Source of the DNA: Abditibacteriaceae bacterium
GTDB lineage: Bacteria > Armatimonadota > Abditibacteriia > Abditibacteriales > Abditibacteriaceae
NCBI GenBank assembly: GCA_965277285.1
Contig: OZ255721.1
Coordinates: forward strand, 3,040,001-3,104,000
Direction of reading: 5' to 3'
DNA: 64,000 bases
Part shown: positions 21,464 through 31,697 of the stretch, piece by piece
Layout: each line of letters opens with the position of its first letter
Numbering within the stretch: position 1 is the stretch's first letter
Notes under the pieces: generated by a model
Database searches by the model: none
What the model saw: the letters and a program-made list of their open reading frames with translations, nothing else
What the model was told of the DNA's origin: nothing
Position numbers and translations under genes: made by a program

Positions 21464-23755
21464 ATGGATATACAACAAGAATCCGTCTCCATCGAATGGG
21501 GCGGACGCACTCTCACATTGGGAACCGGCACGCTGGCGACGCAAGCGAATGGCGCCGTAACGGTTCAATATGGCGAAACGATTGTTCTCGCCACCGCCGT
21601 GATGTCGCGCGAGCCGCGCCCCGGCATCGACTTTTTCCCGCTGACGGTCGACTTTGAAGAGCGCATGTACGCAGCCGGAAAAATCCCCGGCAGCCGCTTT
21701 GTGCGCCGCGAAACGCGCCCCGGCGAAGACGCGATTTTGAACTCGCGTCTCATCGACCGCAGCATTCGCCCGTTGTTCCCCAAGAACGCCGCGAATGATG
21801 TGCAAGTCGTCTTGACTTCGCTTTCTGTTGATGGCGAAAACGAACTGGACATTCCGGGGCTTATTGGCGCGTCTGCCGCGCTGGTGATTTCGGATATTCC
21901 GTTCAACGGGCCGATTGGCGGCGTCAAAATCGGCATGGTCGGTGGCGATTTCGTCATCAACCCGACGCACGAGCAGATCGAAAACGGTCAGTTGGAATTG
22001 GTCGTTTCGAGCAGTGACAAAGGCGTTTTGATGATCGAAGCGGGCGCGCATCAGTTGTCCGATGAGCGCATGGCCGAAGCGATTGACATGGCGCATCGCG
22101 TCATTCAGCCGGTCATCGAACTGCAAAAGCAGTTGCAGGCCAAAGTCGGCAAAGCCAAAAGCGAGATGAAAACCAGCGTCGTGCCGGAACGAGTACTCGA
22201 AGCGATTGATTCGCGCTTCGGCCAGCAAATCAAAGACGCCATTGCGACGCCCAGCAAAAGCGAGCGCAACGAAGCTCTCGACCAGGCGCGCGTTGACGTG
22301 AAAGCCGCGTTGAGCGAAGAGTTGGGCGACGACGCGAAATCTATCGGCGGCGCGATGGAAAAGCTGGCCAAGAAATATACGCGCCAGATGATTTTGGGCG
22401 AAGGCAAGCGTCCCGATGGCCGCGCTTTGGACGAATTGCGACCGTTGACTGCGAAAGTTTCGCTCCTCCCGCGCACGCACGGAACCGGCTTGTTCCAGCG
22501 CGGCGGCACGCAAGTGATGACGGTGGCGACATTGGGTTCGCCCGGCGATGAGAAAATCATCGACGGCTTGGACGAAGAAGAAAAGCGCCGCTATTTGCAT
22601 CACTATAATTTCCCGGCCTATTCGGTCGGCGAAGCGCGGCCTTTGCGCGGGCCAGGTCGCCGCGAAATCGGGCACGGCGCGCTGGCCGAAAAAGCTCTGG
22701 TTCCGGTTCTGCCGAGCAAAGAAGATTTTCCTTACACGTTGCGTTTAGTTTCTGAAGTTCTGAGTTCCAATGGCTCGACTTCGATGGCCAGCGTTTGCGG
22801 ATCGACGCTGGCTTTGATGGACGCGGGCGTGCCGATTTTGGCGCCGGTTGGTGGCATTTCGATTGGTCTGGTGACGGGCGAAAGCGTGGAAGAACGCGTT
22901 TTGTTGACCGATATTATCGGCGTGGAAGATTTCTATGGCGACATGGATTTCAAGGTCGCGGGAACGCGCGACGGCATCACGGCGATTCAGTTGGACACCA
23001 AAGCCGAGTATTTGCCGCTGTCGATGATGCGCGAAGTGTTTGCGGCGGCCAAAAAAGCGCGCTTCACGATTTTGGACACCATTGAAAGCGCCTTGCCCTC
23101 ACCGCGCGAAGAGTTGTCCAGCTATGCGCCGCGCATTTTGACAGTGAACGTTCCGGTCGAGCGCATTGGCGAAATCATCGGCCCGGGCGGAAAAATGATT
23201 CGCTCGATTGTCGAACGCACCGGCGCCAAAATCGACATCGAAGACGACGGTACGGTCTTTATTTCTTCGACCAAAGCCGAAAGCGGCAAGATGGCGGCGA
23301 AGATTATCTCCGACATGGTGCGCGAAATCGAGATCGGCGAAGTTTATACCGGCACCGTGACGCGCTTGCTGAACTTTGGCGCGTTCGTGGAAATCATGCC
23401 GGGACGCGAAGGCTTGATTCGCATTTCCGAACTGGCGTGGGATTTCGTCAATACGGTCGAAGATGTCTTGAATATCGGCGATGAAGTCGAAGTTCAGGTC
23501 TCGGAAATTGACGATCAAGGACGCATCAACCTTTCGCGCAAAGCCTTGTTGCCCAAGCCGGAAGGTTACGTCGAGCGCGCGCCGCGCGAACGCAGCGAAC
23601 GCGACAACGGCGGACGTTCGGGCGGAGATCGCGGCGGCTTCGGCGGCGGAGATCGTGGCGGACGTTCGGGCGGCGGTGGCGGCTTCGGTGGCAATCGTGG
23701 TGGAGATCGCGGCGGTCGTCCAAGCGGTGGCGGCGGTTTCGGCGGACGGCGCTGA
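21464..23755 (+). CDS. pnp: Polyribonucleotide nucleotidyltransferase
   Basis: FFPLTVD, RREIGHG, SNGSTSMAS, DMDFKVAG, KH and S1 domains; Gly/Arg-rich tail. Confidence 0.97.
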   Translation: MDIQQESVSIEWGGRTLTLGTGTLATQANGAVTVQYGETIVLATAVMSREPRPGIDFFPLTVDFEERMYAAGKIPGSRFVRRETRPGEDAILNSRLIDRSIRPLFPKNAANDVQVVLTSLSVDGENELDIPGLIGASAALVISDIPFNGPIGGVKIGMVGGDFVINPTHEQIENGQLELVVSSSDKGVLMIEAGAHQLSDERMAEAIDMAHRVIQPVIELQKQLQAKVGKAKSEMKTSVVPERVLEAIDSRFGQQIKDAIATPSKSERNEALDQARVDVKAALSEELGDDAKSIGGAMEKLAKKYTRQMILGEGKRPDGRALDELRPLTAKVSLLPRTHGTGLFQRGGTQVMTVATLGSPGDEKIIDGLDEEEKRRYLHHYNFPAYSVGEARPLRGPGRREIGHGALAEKALVPVLPSKEDFPYTLRLVSEVLSSNGSTSMASVCGSTLALMDAGVPILAPVGGISIGLVTGESVEERVLLTDIIGVEDFYGDMDFKVAGTRDGITAIQLDTKAEYLPLSMMREVFAAAKKARFTILDTIESALPSPREELSSYAPRILTVNVPVERIGEIIGPGGKMIRSIVERTGAKIDIEDDGTVFISSTKAESGKMAAKIISDMVREIEIGEVYTGTVTRLLNFGAFVEIMPGREGLIRISELAWDFVNTVEDVLNIGDEVEVQVSEIDDQGRINLSRKALLPKPEGYVERAPRERSERDNGGRSGGDRGGFGGGDRGGRSGGGGGFGGNRGGDRGGRPSGGGGFGGRR

Positions 23756-23762
23756 TGATTAT

Positions 23763-23790
23763 GTACGGGCGAGGCATGCCTCGCCCGTAC
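23763..23790. repeat. 28-bp perfect palindrome (family B variant) after pnp
   Basis: Identical to 17931-17958. Confidence 0.85.
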
Positions 23791-23875
23791 GCGACATTCG
23801 AGTACTCGAACCGCTGCGGCTTTTGTCGTAGCGGTTTGTTTTTGTTTTTTTGTTCTTTGTTGAGAGGAACTTGTT

Positions 23876-24406
23876 ATGACTGTTGGTGCACGTTTGAAAC
23901 AGCATTGGCTTCAACAAAACATATTCGCTGTGCATCCATCCTGGAATGCCCAAACGATACGCAAATGTCAAAGTATCGAAGAGAAAGCCTTGCGCGGCGC
24001 TTCAGCAAGTGACATCGCTAACTTTGAAGAACGTTACGACGTGCATTTGCCGGAAGATTTGCGCCAATACTTCTCAACTGTTAATGGCATGGGGAGCGCA
24101 CGTAGCGAAACGATGGACAATTCGCTTCTTTGCCTGTGGTCAATTGACGAGATGAAAAGCGTGGCAGAATTCTATGTTAATGTGCCGCAATTGGAAGAAC
24201 TTGATCCAGCTTCACTTTTTATCTTCGCCGATTACTGCATTGAATGTCAGTATTATGTCATTCAACTCCATAGCGATTCGCAACAGCCAACGCCTGTTTA
24301 CTGGATGGCTGACACACCAAGATACCAATTTGGCAACTCGTTCACGGACTTTATTGAATTCTATATGACAGATGCAGATTTCATCGTTAACCCTTGGCGT
24401 GAGTAG
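23876..24406 (+). CDS. SMI1/KNR4 family protein
   Basis: GASASDIANFEERYDVHLPEDLRQYF..NG, IFADY, SFTDFIE. Confidence 0.75.
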   Translation: MTVGARLKQHWLQQNIFAVHPSWNAQTIRKCQSIEEKALRGASASDIANFEERYDVHLPEDLRQYFSTVNGMGSARSETMDNSLLCLWSIDEMKSVAEFYVNVPQLEELDPASLFIFADYCIECQYYVIQLHSDSQQPTPVYWMADTPRYQFGNSFTDFIEFYMTDADFIVNPWRE

Positions 24407-24416
24407 AAACCCTAAA

Positions 24417-25700
24417 ATGAACGATTTTCAATTTCACAAAACAACTTTAGAGAACGGACTGCGCGTTTTAACTGAACGGCGCGAAGAGGCGACTTCGGCG
24501 ACGCTGGGCGTGTGGATTCAGGCTGGTTCGGTTTTTGAAACCGATAACGAACGCGGTTTGGCGCATTTGCTGGAACATCTGGTTTTTAAGGGCACGCAGC
24601 GTCATGGCATGAAGCAGATCGCCAGCTTGATGGACAATCTGGGCGGGCAGATGAACGCCTTCACCGAGCGCGAACTGGTTTGCTATCATGTCAAAGTTTT
24701 GCCGGATCACGTCGAAAAAGCGATGGGTTTGCTGTGCGATTTCATTGCGCGTCCGAGTTTGAACAAGAGCGATTTGGAAATTGAGCGCGGCGTGGTTCTG
24801 GAAGAAATCCATTCGGTCGAAGACGCGCCGGAAGAATTGGTCGAAGACGTTTTTACCGAAACCATCTGGGAAAAGTCGCGCTGGGGACGCCCGATTTTAG
24901 GAACCGAGGAAAGCGTTTCGGCTTTGCAAGCCGACGATCTGCGGCGTTATTTGCAAACGCATTACACGACGAACAACGTCCTGATTTCCGCGACGGGCGA
25001 TGTGCGGCACGAGCAAATCGTGAAATTATCGCAAAAACTGCTCAGCGATTTGCCGCAAGTGCAATCGAGTACTCGAAAGCGCGCGACAACGCCCAAAGCG
25101 CCGTTTATCACGTCGCATCAAAAGCAATTGTCGCGCGAAACCGAGCAAGTTCACTTGTGCATCGGCACGAAATCCTGCGGCTACGAAGACGAGCGGCGTT
25201 ACGTGGCGGGACTTCTCGATTCGATTTTGACCGGCGGTTATTCGTCGCGCTTGTTTCAGGAAGTGCGCGAAAAACGCGGTTTGTGTTATTCCATCGGGCC
25301 AATGTCGGCGTCTTATCGCAACGCCGCGTTCTGGGCGGTGGAAACCAGCGTCGCGCCTCCAATGGCGAAGAAAACCGTCGAAATCATCGGGCGCGAATTG
25401 CGCAAAGTGAAAGAGCAGGGCGTCACTAAAGCCGAACTGAAACGCGCTCAGGAAATGGCGCGCATCAATTTGCTGCTGAGCGAAGAAAGTTCGGGTTCGC
25501 GGATGAACCGATTGGCGCGCAACGAATTGTATTATGGCGTGCAACGCTCGACGCAGGACGTTTTAGCGCAAGTGCAAGCCGTCACTTTGGATGATATTCA
25601 AAGTCTGGCGCGCGAAATGTTCGACCCAACGTTGATGAATCTGGTGGCGATTGGGCCGTTTTCCGATAAGGCCGCGCTGCTGCAAATCGAAGTCGGCTGA
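24417..25700 (+). CDS. M16 family zinc peptidase
   Basis: HLLEHLVFKGT (HXXEH), SSRLFQEVREKRGLCYSI. Confidence 0.92.
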   Translation: MNDFQFHKTTLENGLRVLTERREEATSATLGVWIQAGSVFETDNERGLAHLLEHLVFKGTQRHGMKQIASLMDNLGGQMNAFTERELVCYHVKVLPDHVEKAMGLLCDFIARPSLNKSDLEIERGVVLEEIHSVEDAPEELVEDVFTETIWEKSRWGRPILGTEESVSALQADDLRRYLQTHYTTNNVLISATGDVRHEQIVKLSQKLLSDLPQVQSSTRKRATTPKAPFITSHQKQLSRETEQVHLCIGTKSCGYEDERRYVAGLLDSILTGGYSSRLFQEVREKRGLCYSIGPMSASYRNAAFWAVETSVAPPMAKKTVEIIGRELRKVKEQGVTKAELKRAQEMARINLLLSEESSGSRMNRLARNELYYGVQRSTQDVLAQVQAVTLDDIQSLAREMFDPTLMNLVAIGPFSDKAALLQIEVG

Positions 25701-25764
25701 GCGATTGGTTCAGAGGTTGTATAAAAAGTCGCAAAAAGTAGTAGCAGATGCTCGAAAGTGGAAG

Positions 25765-25834
25765 TTTGTTATTCTGAGCGAAGCGAAGAATCTGGCTTAG
25801 GGTTTAGATTCTTCGCTTCGCTCAGAATGACAAA
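25765..25834. repeat. REP-like hairpin family A
   Basis: Same arms, between the M16 peptidase gene and dapB. Confidence 0.85.
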
Positions 25835-25967
25835 GTGCTATTTCTCAGTGTTGTTTTCTACTTTGCAAACCAATTCTTAGAGATTTGGATTTGAGTACTC
25901 GATCTTGAAACCATCTATGTTTCTCTGTGTCCATCTGTGGTTCATTCGTCGCGTTATAATAATTCGC

Positions 25968-26771
25968 ATGATTCGAGTACTCGTTAGCGGCGCCAGCGGG
26001 CGCATGGGGCGCGAAGTCGTCAAAGCCGTTTGTGGTGACAACGAATTGCAGTTGGTCGGCGCCGTCGATCATCACAACGCGGGGCGCGACGCCGGTGAAA
26101 TCGCCGGAATTGAAACGTGTAACGTCCTCATTCAAAGCGATTTAGCGACGGCTTTGCGCGAAACGAACGCGCAAGTGGCGGTTGATTTTTCAATTCCCAC
26201 AGCGGTGCGCACCAACATTCAAACTATGCTGGATAACGGCGTTTGTCCGGTTGTCGGCACGACGGGCTTGAAAGAAAGCGATCTGGCGGAAATTGATGCG
26301 GCGTCTAAAGCGGCCAATGTTCCGGTTTTTATCGCGCCCAACTTCGCCATCGGCGCGGTTCTGATGATGCGTTTCGCAGCCGAATGCGCGAAGTTGTTCG
26401 ACAGCGCCGAAATCATCGAATATCACCACGACAAAAAAGTTGATGCGCCCAGCGGAACCGCTTTCAAAACCGCGCTTTTGATGCGTGAAGCGCGCGAAAC
26501 CGATTTCGTTCATGTCGGCGGCGACGAGGAAAGTGAAGGTTCGACGGCGCCACATTCGCGCGGCGGAAACATCGGCGGCGCCAGCATTCACAGTGTGCGA
26601 TTGGCCGGATATTTAGCGCATCAGGAAGTGATTTTCGGCATGGCGGGACAAACGCTCAGCATTCGTCACGATACGATCACTCGGGAATGTTACATGCCAG
26701 GTGTTTTGATGGCGATCAAGAAAGTGCAAAGTTTGCAAGGTTTGACCTACGGTTTGGAAAAGATTTTATGA
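25968..26771 (+). CDS. dapB: 4-hydroxy-tetrahydrodipicolinate reductase
   Basis: GASGRMG, VGTTG, EYHHDKKVDAPSGTA. Confidence 0.95.
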   Translation: MIRVLVSGASGRMGREVVKAVCGDNELQLVGAVDHHNAGRDAGEIAGIETCNVLIQSDLATALRETNAQVAVDFSIPTAVRTNIQTMLDNGVCPVVGTTGLKESDLAEIDAASKAANVPVFIAPNFAIGAVLMMRFAAECAKLFDSAEIIEYHHDKKVDAPSGTAFKTALLMREARETDFVHVGGDEESEGSTAPHSRGGNIGGASIHSVRLAGYLAHQEVIFGMAGQTLSIRHDTITRECYMPGVLMAIKKVQSLQGLTYGLEKIL

Positions 26772-26989
26772 GCGCCGACTGGAAAGCGACAGACTTCGAG
26801 CGTCCGCCAATGGATGCAGAACTGCGTCGCACTGCCGATGAGTGGCTTCAAGAAAAAGTGCAGGACAATCCAAACGCAACGTTCGGCGAAAAGCTTTATT
26901 GGCTTGAAGACGCCCACAAAATGGTGTTGCAACTCCAACAAAGCGCGACATCGAGTACTCGAAGCGAAGAAAAGGAACACACAACCTAA
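26768..26989 (+). CDS. Small hypothetical protein coupled to dapB and asd
   Basis: ATGA overlap with the dapB stop and TAATG overlap with the asd start. Confidence 0.55.
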   Translation: MSADWKATDFERPPMDAELRRTADEWLQEKVQDNPNATFGEKLYWLEDAHKMVLQLQQSATSSTRSEEKEHTT

Positions 26990-28104
26990 TGAAGAAGAAA
27001 GTAGCCGTGATCGGCGCCACGGGAATCGCCGGACAACAATTTTTAGCCGCCTTACCTCATCATCCCGAACTGGAAATTACCGTTTTAGCGGCGTCCGCGC
27101 GTTCCGCGGGAAAGACGTATTTGGAGGCTTTGCGCGAACCATCGGGCGCCATCGGTTGGTGGTGCGATGAAGAGTTGCCAATCGAGTACGCGAAGATGCC
27201 CGTCATCAACGGCGAAGACTTTGATGCGACAACTGTCGACATCGTTTTTACCGCGACCGAAAGCGCCGCCGCCAAAATCCTCGAGCCGCTGTATGCGCAA
27301 ACCACGCCCGTGATTTCCACGGCGAGCGCGTTTCGCTATTTCGACGACGTGCCGATTTTGATTCCTGGCGTCAACAACGATCATGCGAAGATGTTGCAAC
27401 AACAGCAACGTAATCGCGGCTGGAAAGGTTTCGTGACACCGATTCCCAACTGCACGACGACCGGTTTGGCGATGACGTTGAAGCCGATTTACGACGCGTT
27501 TGGCATTAAGTCGGTTGTGATGACTTCGATGCAGGCGATGAGCGGCGCGGGTCGTCGTGGCGGCGTTCTGGGCATGGATTCGACCGAAAACGTGATTCCT
27601 TACATTCCGGGCGAAGAAGAAAAAGTGCAACGCGAAACGCAGAAGATTTTGGGCAAACTGGACGCTGGTTGGAAAGTTCCTATGATTGTTGGGACGCTTC
27701 CAACTTTAGCAATTACTCCAGCCACTTTTCCGGTTTCGGCGACTTGCACACGCGTCGGCGTTTTGGACGGTCACACCGAAGCGGTTTATGTAGCGACCGA
27801 AAAAGCGTGTTCGGCGGAAGATGTGGCGCAGGCGATGCGCGAATTCGATGGCGGATTGAGCGGTTTGTATTCGGCGCCGCAGCCGGTGATTTTAGTGCAT
27901 GACGATCCGTTTCGTCCCCAGCCGCGCCGCGACCGCAACAATGGCGGCGGCATGACGACAACCGTCGGTCGCATCCGCGAAGAGCGTGCTCTGGGCGAAA
28001 ACGGCGTGAAATACGTTCTGGTTTCGCACAACACCAAAATGGGCGCGGCGCGCGGCGCGATTCTTGTCGCCGAAATGTTGCTGCGCGACGGCTTGATTCA
28101 GTAG
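26989..28104 (+). CDS. asd: Aspartate-semialdehyde dehydrogenase (archaeal/eukaryotic-like type)
   Basis: GATGIAGQQF, PNCTTTG, QAMSGAG, CTRVGVLDGH, SHNTKMGAA. Confidence 0.9.
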   Translation: MKKKVAVIGATGIAGQQFLAALPHHPELEITVLAASARSAGKTYLEALREPSGAIGWWCDEELPIEYAKMPVINGEDFDATTVDIVFTATESAAAKILEPLYAQTTPVISTASAFRYFDDVPILIPGVNNDHAKMLQQQQRNRGWKGFVTPIPNCTTTGLAMTLKPIYDAFGIKSVVMTSMQAMSGAGRRGGVLGMDSTENVIPYIPGEEEKVQRETQKILGKLDAGWKVPMIVGTLPTLAITPATFPVSATCTRVGVLDGHTEAVYVATEKACSAEDVAQAMREFDGGLSGLYSAPQPVILVHDDPFRPQPRRDRNNGGGMTTTVGRIREERALGENGVKYVLVSHNTKMGAARGAILVAEMLLRDGLIQ

Positions 28105-28213
28105 GCAGAAAGCAGCGGCAGGAGGCAGTTTGCGCGCTGAACATTGAAACGATGTCGTTGAAGTTTCGAGTACTCAAACTGCCTCCTGTTTTCTGCTGCT
28201 GCCTCCTTCCTTT

Positions 28214-29356
28214 ATGTCCCGCGACGAACACCTTGACGACCTTCCAGCGGGCGCCGATGTGCGCGTTACGTTGTCGCGCCGCGAACTCAGTCGTGCGCGT
28301 CGTCAACGCCAAGGGCGAAATCGAAAGATTGGTGCGTTGCTCTTTGTCGTGTTGCTGATAGCTTTTCTTCGCTGGCATTCGCCACAAGCGCCCGGACTTG
28401 TTGTCGCATGGCCAAACTCTCAAAAGTGGGGTAGCGCGACCTTGGAAAACGGCGCGACCGTGGTGATTCGCGCCGGGCAACCGTTTGTGGTTTCGCTGTC
28501 GAACCCGAACGATTGGGATGTTTCGTGGCATTATACGGGCGTGACGGGCGAAGGTTTGCCAATTACGTGGCCGGCTGCGGGCAGCGTGGACAAACTCGAA
28601 TTACATTGCCATGCGCGACCTCGGGGCTGGCAAAAATGGGTTTCGTGGCTGTGGCCGACGCGACAATTATTTTTGCAGGGAACGGCGCCCGTTGCTCTCA
28701 GTGATCGGCGTTTTGTAGTTGTGCCTTTGCCTGGCGCACCGATTCGCTTGTCGTCGCGCGTGGTTGCGACGCACGAAGTTTCACCCGAAGCGCGCTGGGA
28801 CGAACGCGCTTTGCCACTTTTGGAAGAAGCCGCACGCGATGCGAAAACGTTGTCGGTGGGCGCGACCTGGACAATTGTCACTGCGCCGTCGCAGCGCAGT
28901 CTGGTGGGACAATCGAGTACTCGAACGCCTCTGCGCAGCGCGGACGCAGCGAACGCTCCGGGTATGAGTTCCACGCCCGACGACACCGCGACATATGCGA
29001 TTCTTTCGCCCGAATCGTTCCGCGACGCGACGCAATCTTTGACCGAATGCGCGCAGATTATCGCCTTGCGCGCGCCGCAAACCAGCATCAAATGGCTGGC
29101 GCGCGAGAAACCTACTGGCGACCAACCGCGCGCCGTGTTATGGCTCGACTTCAAGCCGATTGTCGCCGCCAAAACAACGCGACATCGACGGCGACATCAC
29201 CAATCGGATACTTCCATCGGAGCGCGCAGCGGCTGGGTCGTGCGCGCGGGCGATGTCAAAGCGACGCCCGTCGATTGGTGGAGCGCTTTGCCTTTGTCTT
29301 CTCAAAACGTCAATGCCACGCCGCAACCAACGCCCGAAATCTCGCCGCGCGATTAA
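28214..29356 (+). CDS. Hypothetical membrane-anchored protein
   Basis: 380 aa with an N-terminal TM helix. Confidence 0.6.
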   Translation: MSRDEHLDDLPAGADVRVTLSRRELSRARRQRQGRNRKIGALLFVVLLIAFLRWHSPQAPGLVVAWPNSQKWGSATLENGATVVIRAGQPFVVSLSNPNDWDVSWHYTGVTGEGLPITWPAAGSVDKLELHCHARPRGWQKWVSWLWPTRQLFLQGTAPVALSDRRFVVVPLPGAPIRLSSRVVATHEVSPEARWDERALPLLEEAARDAKTLSVGATWTIVTAPSQRSLVGQSSTRTPLRSADAANAPGMSSTPDDTATYAILSPESFRDATQSLTECAQIIALRAPQTSIKWLAREKPTGDQPRAVLWLDFKPIVAAKTTRHRRRHHQSDTSIGARSGWVVRAGDVKATPVDWWSALPLSSQNVNATPQPTPEISPRD

Positions 29357-29555
29357 ACCGGCGGATAAATTCGCCGCCAGAGAAAGCTGTCGACCTTCGT
29401 CGACACCATCCGATTCAAGCCGTGTCGGGTTCAGCCTGACACCTTTCTCTGGCGGCGAATTTATTCGCTGGCGAGTACTCGATTGCAGCGCTCTCAAACA
29501 TCTGCCTGAAAAATCTGTGATAAAATAAGCGGACGTTTCGTTTGTTTTCACGCTT

Positions 29556-30443
29556 ATGAACACTTCACCTTTTGGCTCTTTAGTCACCGCGATGGTTTCG
29601 CCGTTCGCCTCGAATGGCATGCTCGACCTGGATCGCGCGCGGCAATTGGCGCAGCATCTGGTTGAAAACGCTTCGACGGGTTTGGTCGTGGCGGGCACAA
29701 CCGGCGAAAGCCCGACGCTTTCTCACGACGAGAAATTGCAGCTTTTTCGCGCCGTCAAAGAAGCCGTCCGCGTTCCGGTTATCGCCAACGTCGGCTCCAA
29801 TAATACACAAAGTTCAGTCGAAATGGCGCGCGAATCGGCTGAAATTGGCGTGGATGCGCTGCTCGCCGTCGTGCCGTATTACAACAAGCCGAGCCAGGAA
29901 GGTTTGTATCAACATTTCAAAGCGATTGCGAATGCCACGCCTTTGCCAGTTGTGCTGTACAACTTGCCGGGACGCACTTCGCGCAACATGGAAGCGGCGA
30001 CAACCGCGCGCCTGAGCGAAATTCCCAACATCATCGGAACCAAGGAATCGAGCGGCGACCCGACACAATGGGCGCGCACCAAAATGCTGGCGAAAACCGA
30101 TTTCCTGCTGATGAGCGGCAACGATTCCGACACTTTGCCGATGCTGGCCTTGGGCGCGGTCGGCGTGGTTTCGGTGATTTCGCACATCGCCGGACAGCAA
30201 ATGAAGCAAATGGTGGACGCTTTCTGGAGCGGCGATTTGAAGACGGCGCTGGAGATTCATTGTCGATTATTGCCCGTTGTCGATGCGCTGTTTCCGCCGT
30301 CTTCGTCGAATCCGATTCCGCTGAAAGCCGCGCTGAAGTTGCAAGGCTTCGATTGCGGCGGCCTGCGCTTGCCTTTGGTGGATGCAACCAAAAGCGAAAT
30401 TGAAACCGTGCGCACGGCGATGACGAATGCGGGATTGTTGTAA
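29556..30443 (+). CDS. dapA: 4-hydroxy-tetrahydrodipicolinate synthase
   Basis: GTTGESPTL, PYYNKPSQEG, LYNLPGRT, KESSG. Confidence 0.95.
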   Translation: MNTSPFGSLVTAMVSPFASNGMLDLDRARQLAQHLVENASTGLVVAGTTGESPTLSHDEKLQLFRAVKEAVRVPVIANVGSNNTQSSVEMARESAEIGVDALLAVVPYYNKPSQEGLYQHFKAIANATPLPVVLYNLPGRTSRNMEAATTARLSEIPNIIGTKESSGDPTQWARTKMLAKTDFLLMSGNDSDTLPMLALGAVGVVSVISHIAGQQMKQMVDAFWSGDLKTALEIHCRLLPVVDALFPPSSSNPIPLKAALKLQGFDCGGLRLPLVDATKSEIETVRTAMTNAGLL

Positions 30444-30456
30444 CAAAGTACAGGCT

Positions 30457-30542
30457 AACGAACCCTGAGCGTAAGCGACGGGCTTGAGTAAGAATTACAT
30501 AGAACTGCAAGTTAAGCCCGTCGCTTACGCTCAGGGTTCGTT
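30457..30542. repeat. REP-like hairpin family C
   Basis: AACGAACCCTGAGCGTAAGCGACGGGCTT...AAGCCCGTCGCTTACGCTCAGGGTTCGTT. Confidence 0.8.
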
Positions 30543-30559
30543 GAGAATCGAGTACTCGA

Positions 30560-30964
30560 ATGATTGAATATCGCTTTAGTGAAAAATTGGATGTTGAAGC
30601 GGCGCGCGATCTTTATCGCAGTTGCACTTTGGGCGCGCGTCGCCCGATTGAAGACGCGACGCGATTTTCGCAAATGTTGCAGAGCGCAAATTTAATCGTC
30701 GCGGCGTGGGAAGATGACCTTCTGGTCGGCATCGCGCGCACTTTAACCGATTGGAGTTACGTGTCTTACGTCGCGGATTTGGCGGTGCGAGAATCGCATC
30801 AAAAGCGCGGCATCGGAACTGAACTGCTACGCAAAACACGCGAAGCGGCGCCGCGAGCGCAACTCGTTTTGTTCGCCGCGCCGCAAGCTGTCGATTATTA
30901 CGAGCGCATCGGTTTTACGCGGCATCCCGCGGGCTGGGTGTTGAAACCCGACGAAGTGTTATAG
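30560..30964 (+). CDS. GNAT family N-acetyltransferase
   Basis: DLAVRESHQKRGIG, YYERIGF. Confidence 0.85.
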   Translation: MIEYRFSEKLDVEAARDLYRSCTLGARRPIEDATRFSQMLQSANLIVAAWEDDLLVGIARTLTDWSYVSYVADLAVRESHQKRGIGTELLRKTREAAPRAQLVLFAAPQAVDYYERIGFTRHPAGWVLKPDEVL

Positions 30965-31006
30965 CGTCGTTCTTTGCGGTTGTTGGTGCGCAAATCGAGT
31001 ACTCGA

Positions 31007-31678
31007 ATGGACAAAATCACCATCCTGCAAGAACTGGGCGAAGAAATTAAGACGTGCCCGAAATGTCGCCTGGCGCAAACGCGCACGCACGCTGTTCCAG
31101 GCGAAGGTTCGCCGCGCGCGAGTGTGATGTTCGTCGGCGAAGGGCCGGGCGAAAACGAAGACAAAACCGGTCGGCCTTTCGTCGGGCAAGCCGGAAAGTT
31201 CTTGAACGGTTTGCTGGAAAAAGCGGGAATCGCGCGCGATGAAGTCTTCATTACCAACATCGTGAAATGCCGTCCTCCGGAAAACCGCGTGCCTTTGGAC
31301 GATGAAGTCGAAGCGTGCTCCGATTACTTGATGGCGCAAATCGCTGTTATCGAACCGAAGTTCGTGATTCCTTTGGGCGCCGCCGCCCTGAAAACGTTGC
31401 TTGGCGGAGATTTGAAAATTACGCAGGTGCGTTGCAAAGTGTTTCGCAAAAGCGGCATTTTGTATATTCCGCTTTATCATCCGGCTGCGGCGCTGCATCG
31501 TTCGCAGTTGGTGGAAACGCTGCAAGCTGATATTTTGACGTTGCGCGAATTGCTCAACCGCGAATTGCGCGAAGACGAAATCACTGATTTAAGCGCGGTT
31601 GTGACCAAACCAAAGCGCGAATCGAGTACTCGAAGTGCGCCCGATAAGCCGCCAGAAGAAACGTTGTCGTTGTTTTAA
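31007..31678 (+). CDS. Family 4 uracil-DNA glycosylase
   Basis: CPKCRL, GEGPG.NED.TGRPFVG, KCRPPENR, YHPAA. Confidence 0.9.
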   Translation: MDKITILQELGEEIKTCPKCRLAQTRTHAVPGEGSPRASVMFVGEGPGENEDKTGRPFVGQAGKFLNGLLEKAGIARDEVFITNIVKCRPPENRVPLDDEVEACSDYLMAQIAVIEPKFVIPLGAAALKTLLGGDLKITQVRCKVFRKSGILYIPLYHPAAALHRSQLVETLQADILTLRELLNRELREDEITDLSAVVTKPKRESSTRSAPDKPPEETLSLF

Positions 31679-31697
31679 GTGGACGAATCAAACTACG

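Noticed and set aside
21284..22675. 463-aa minus-strand ORF
   Set aside because: Antisense shadow of pnp; the same applies to 57401-58933, 47447-48706 and 34982-36073
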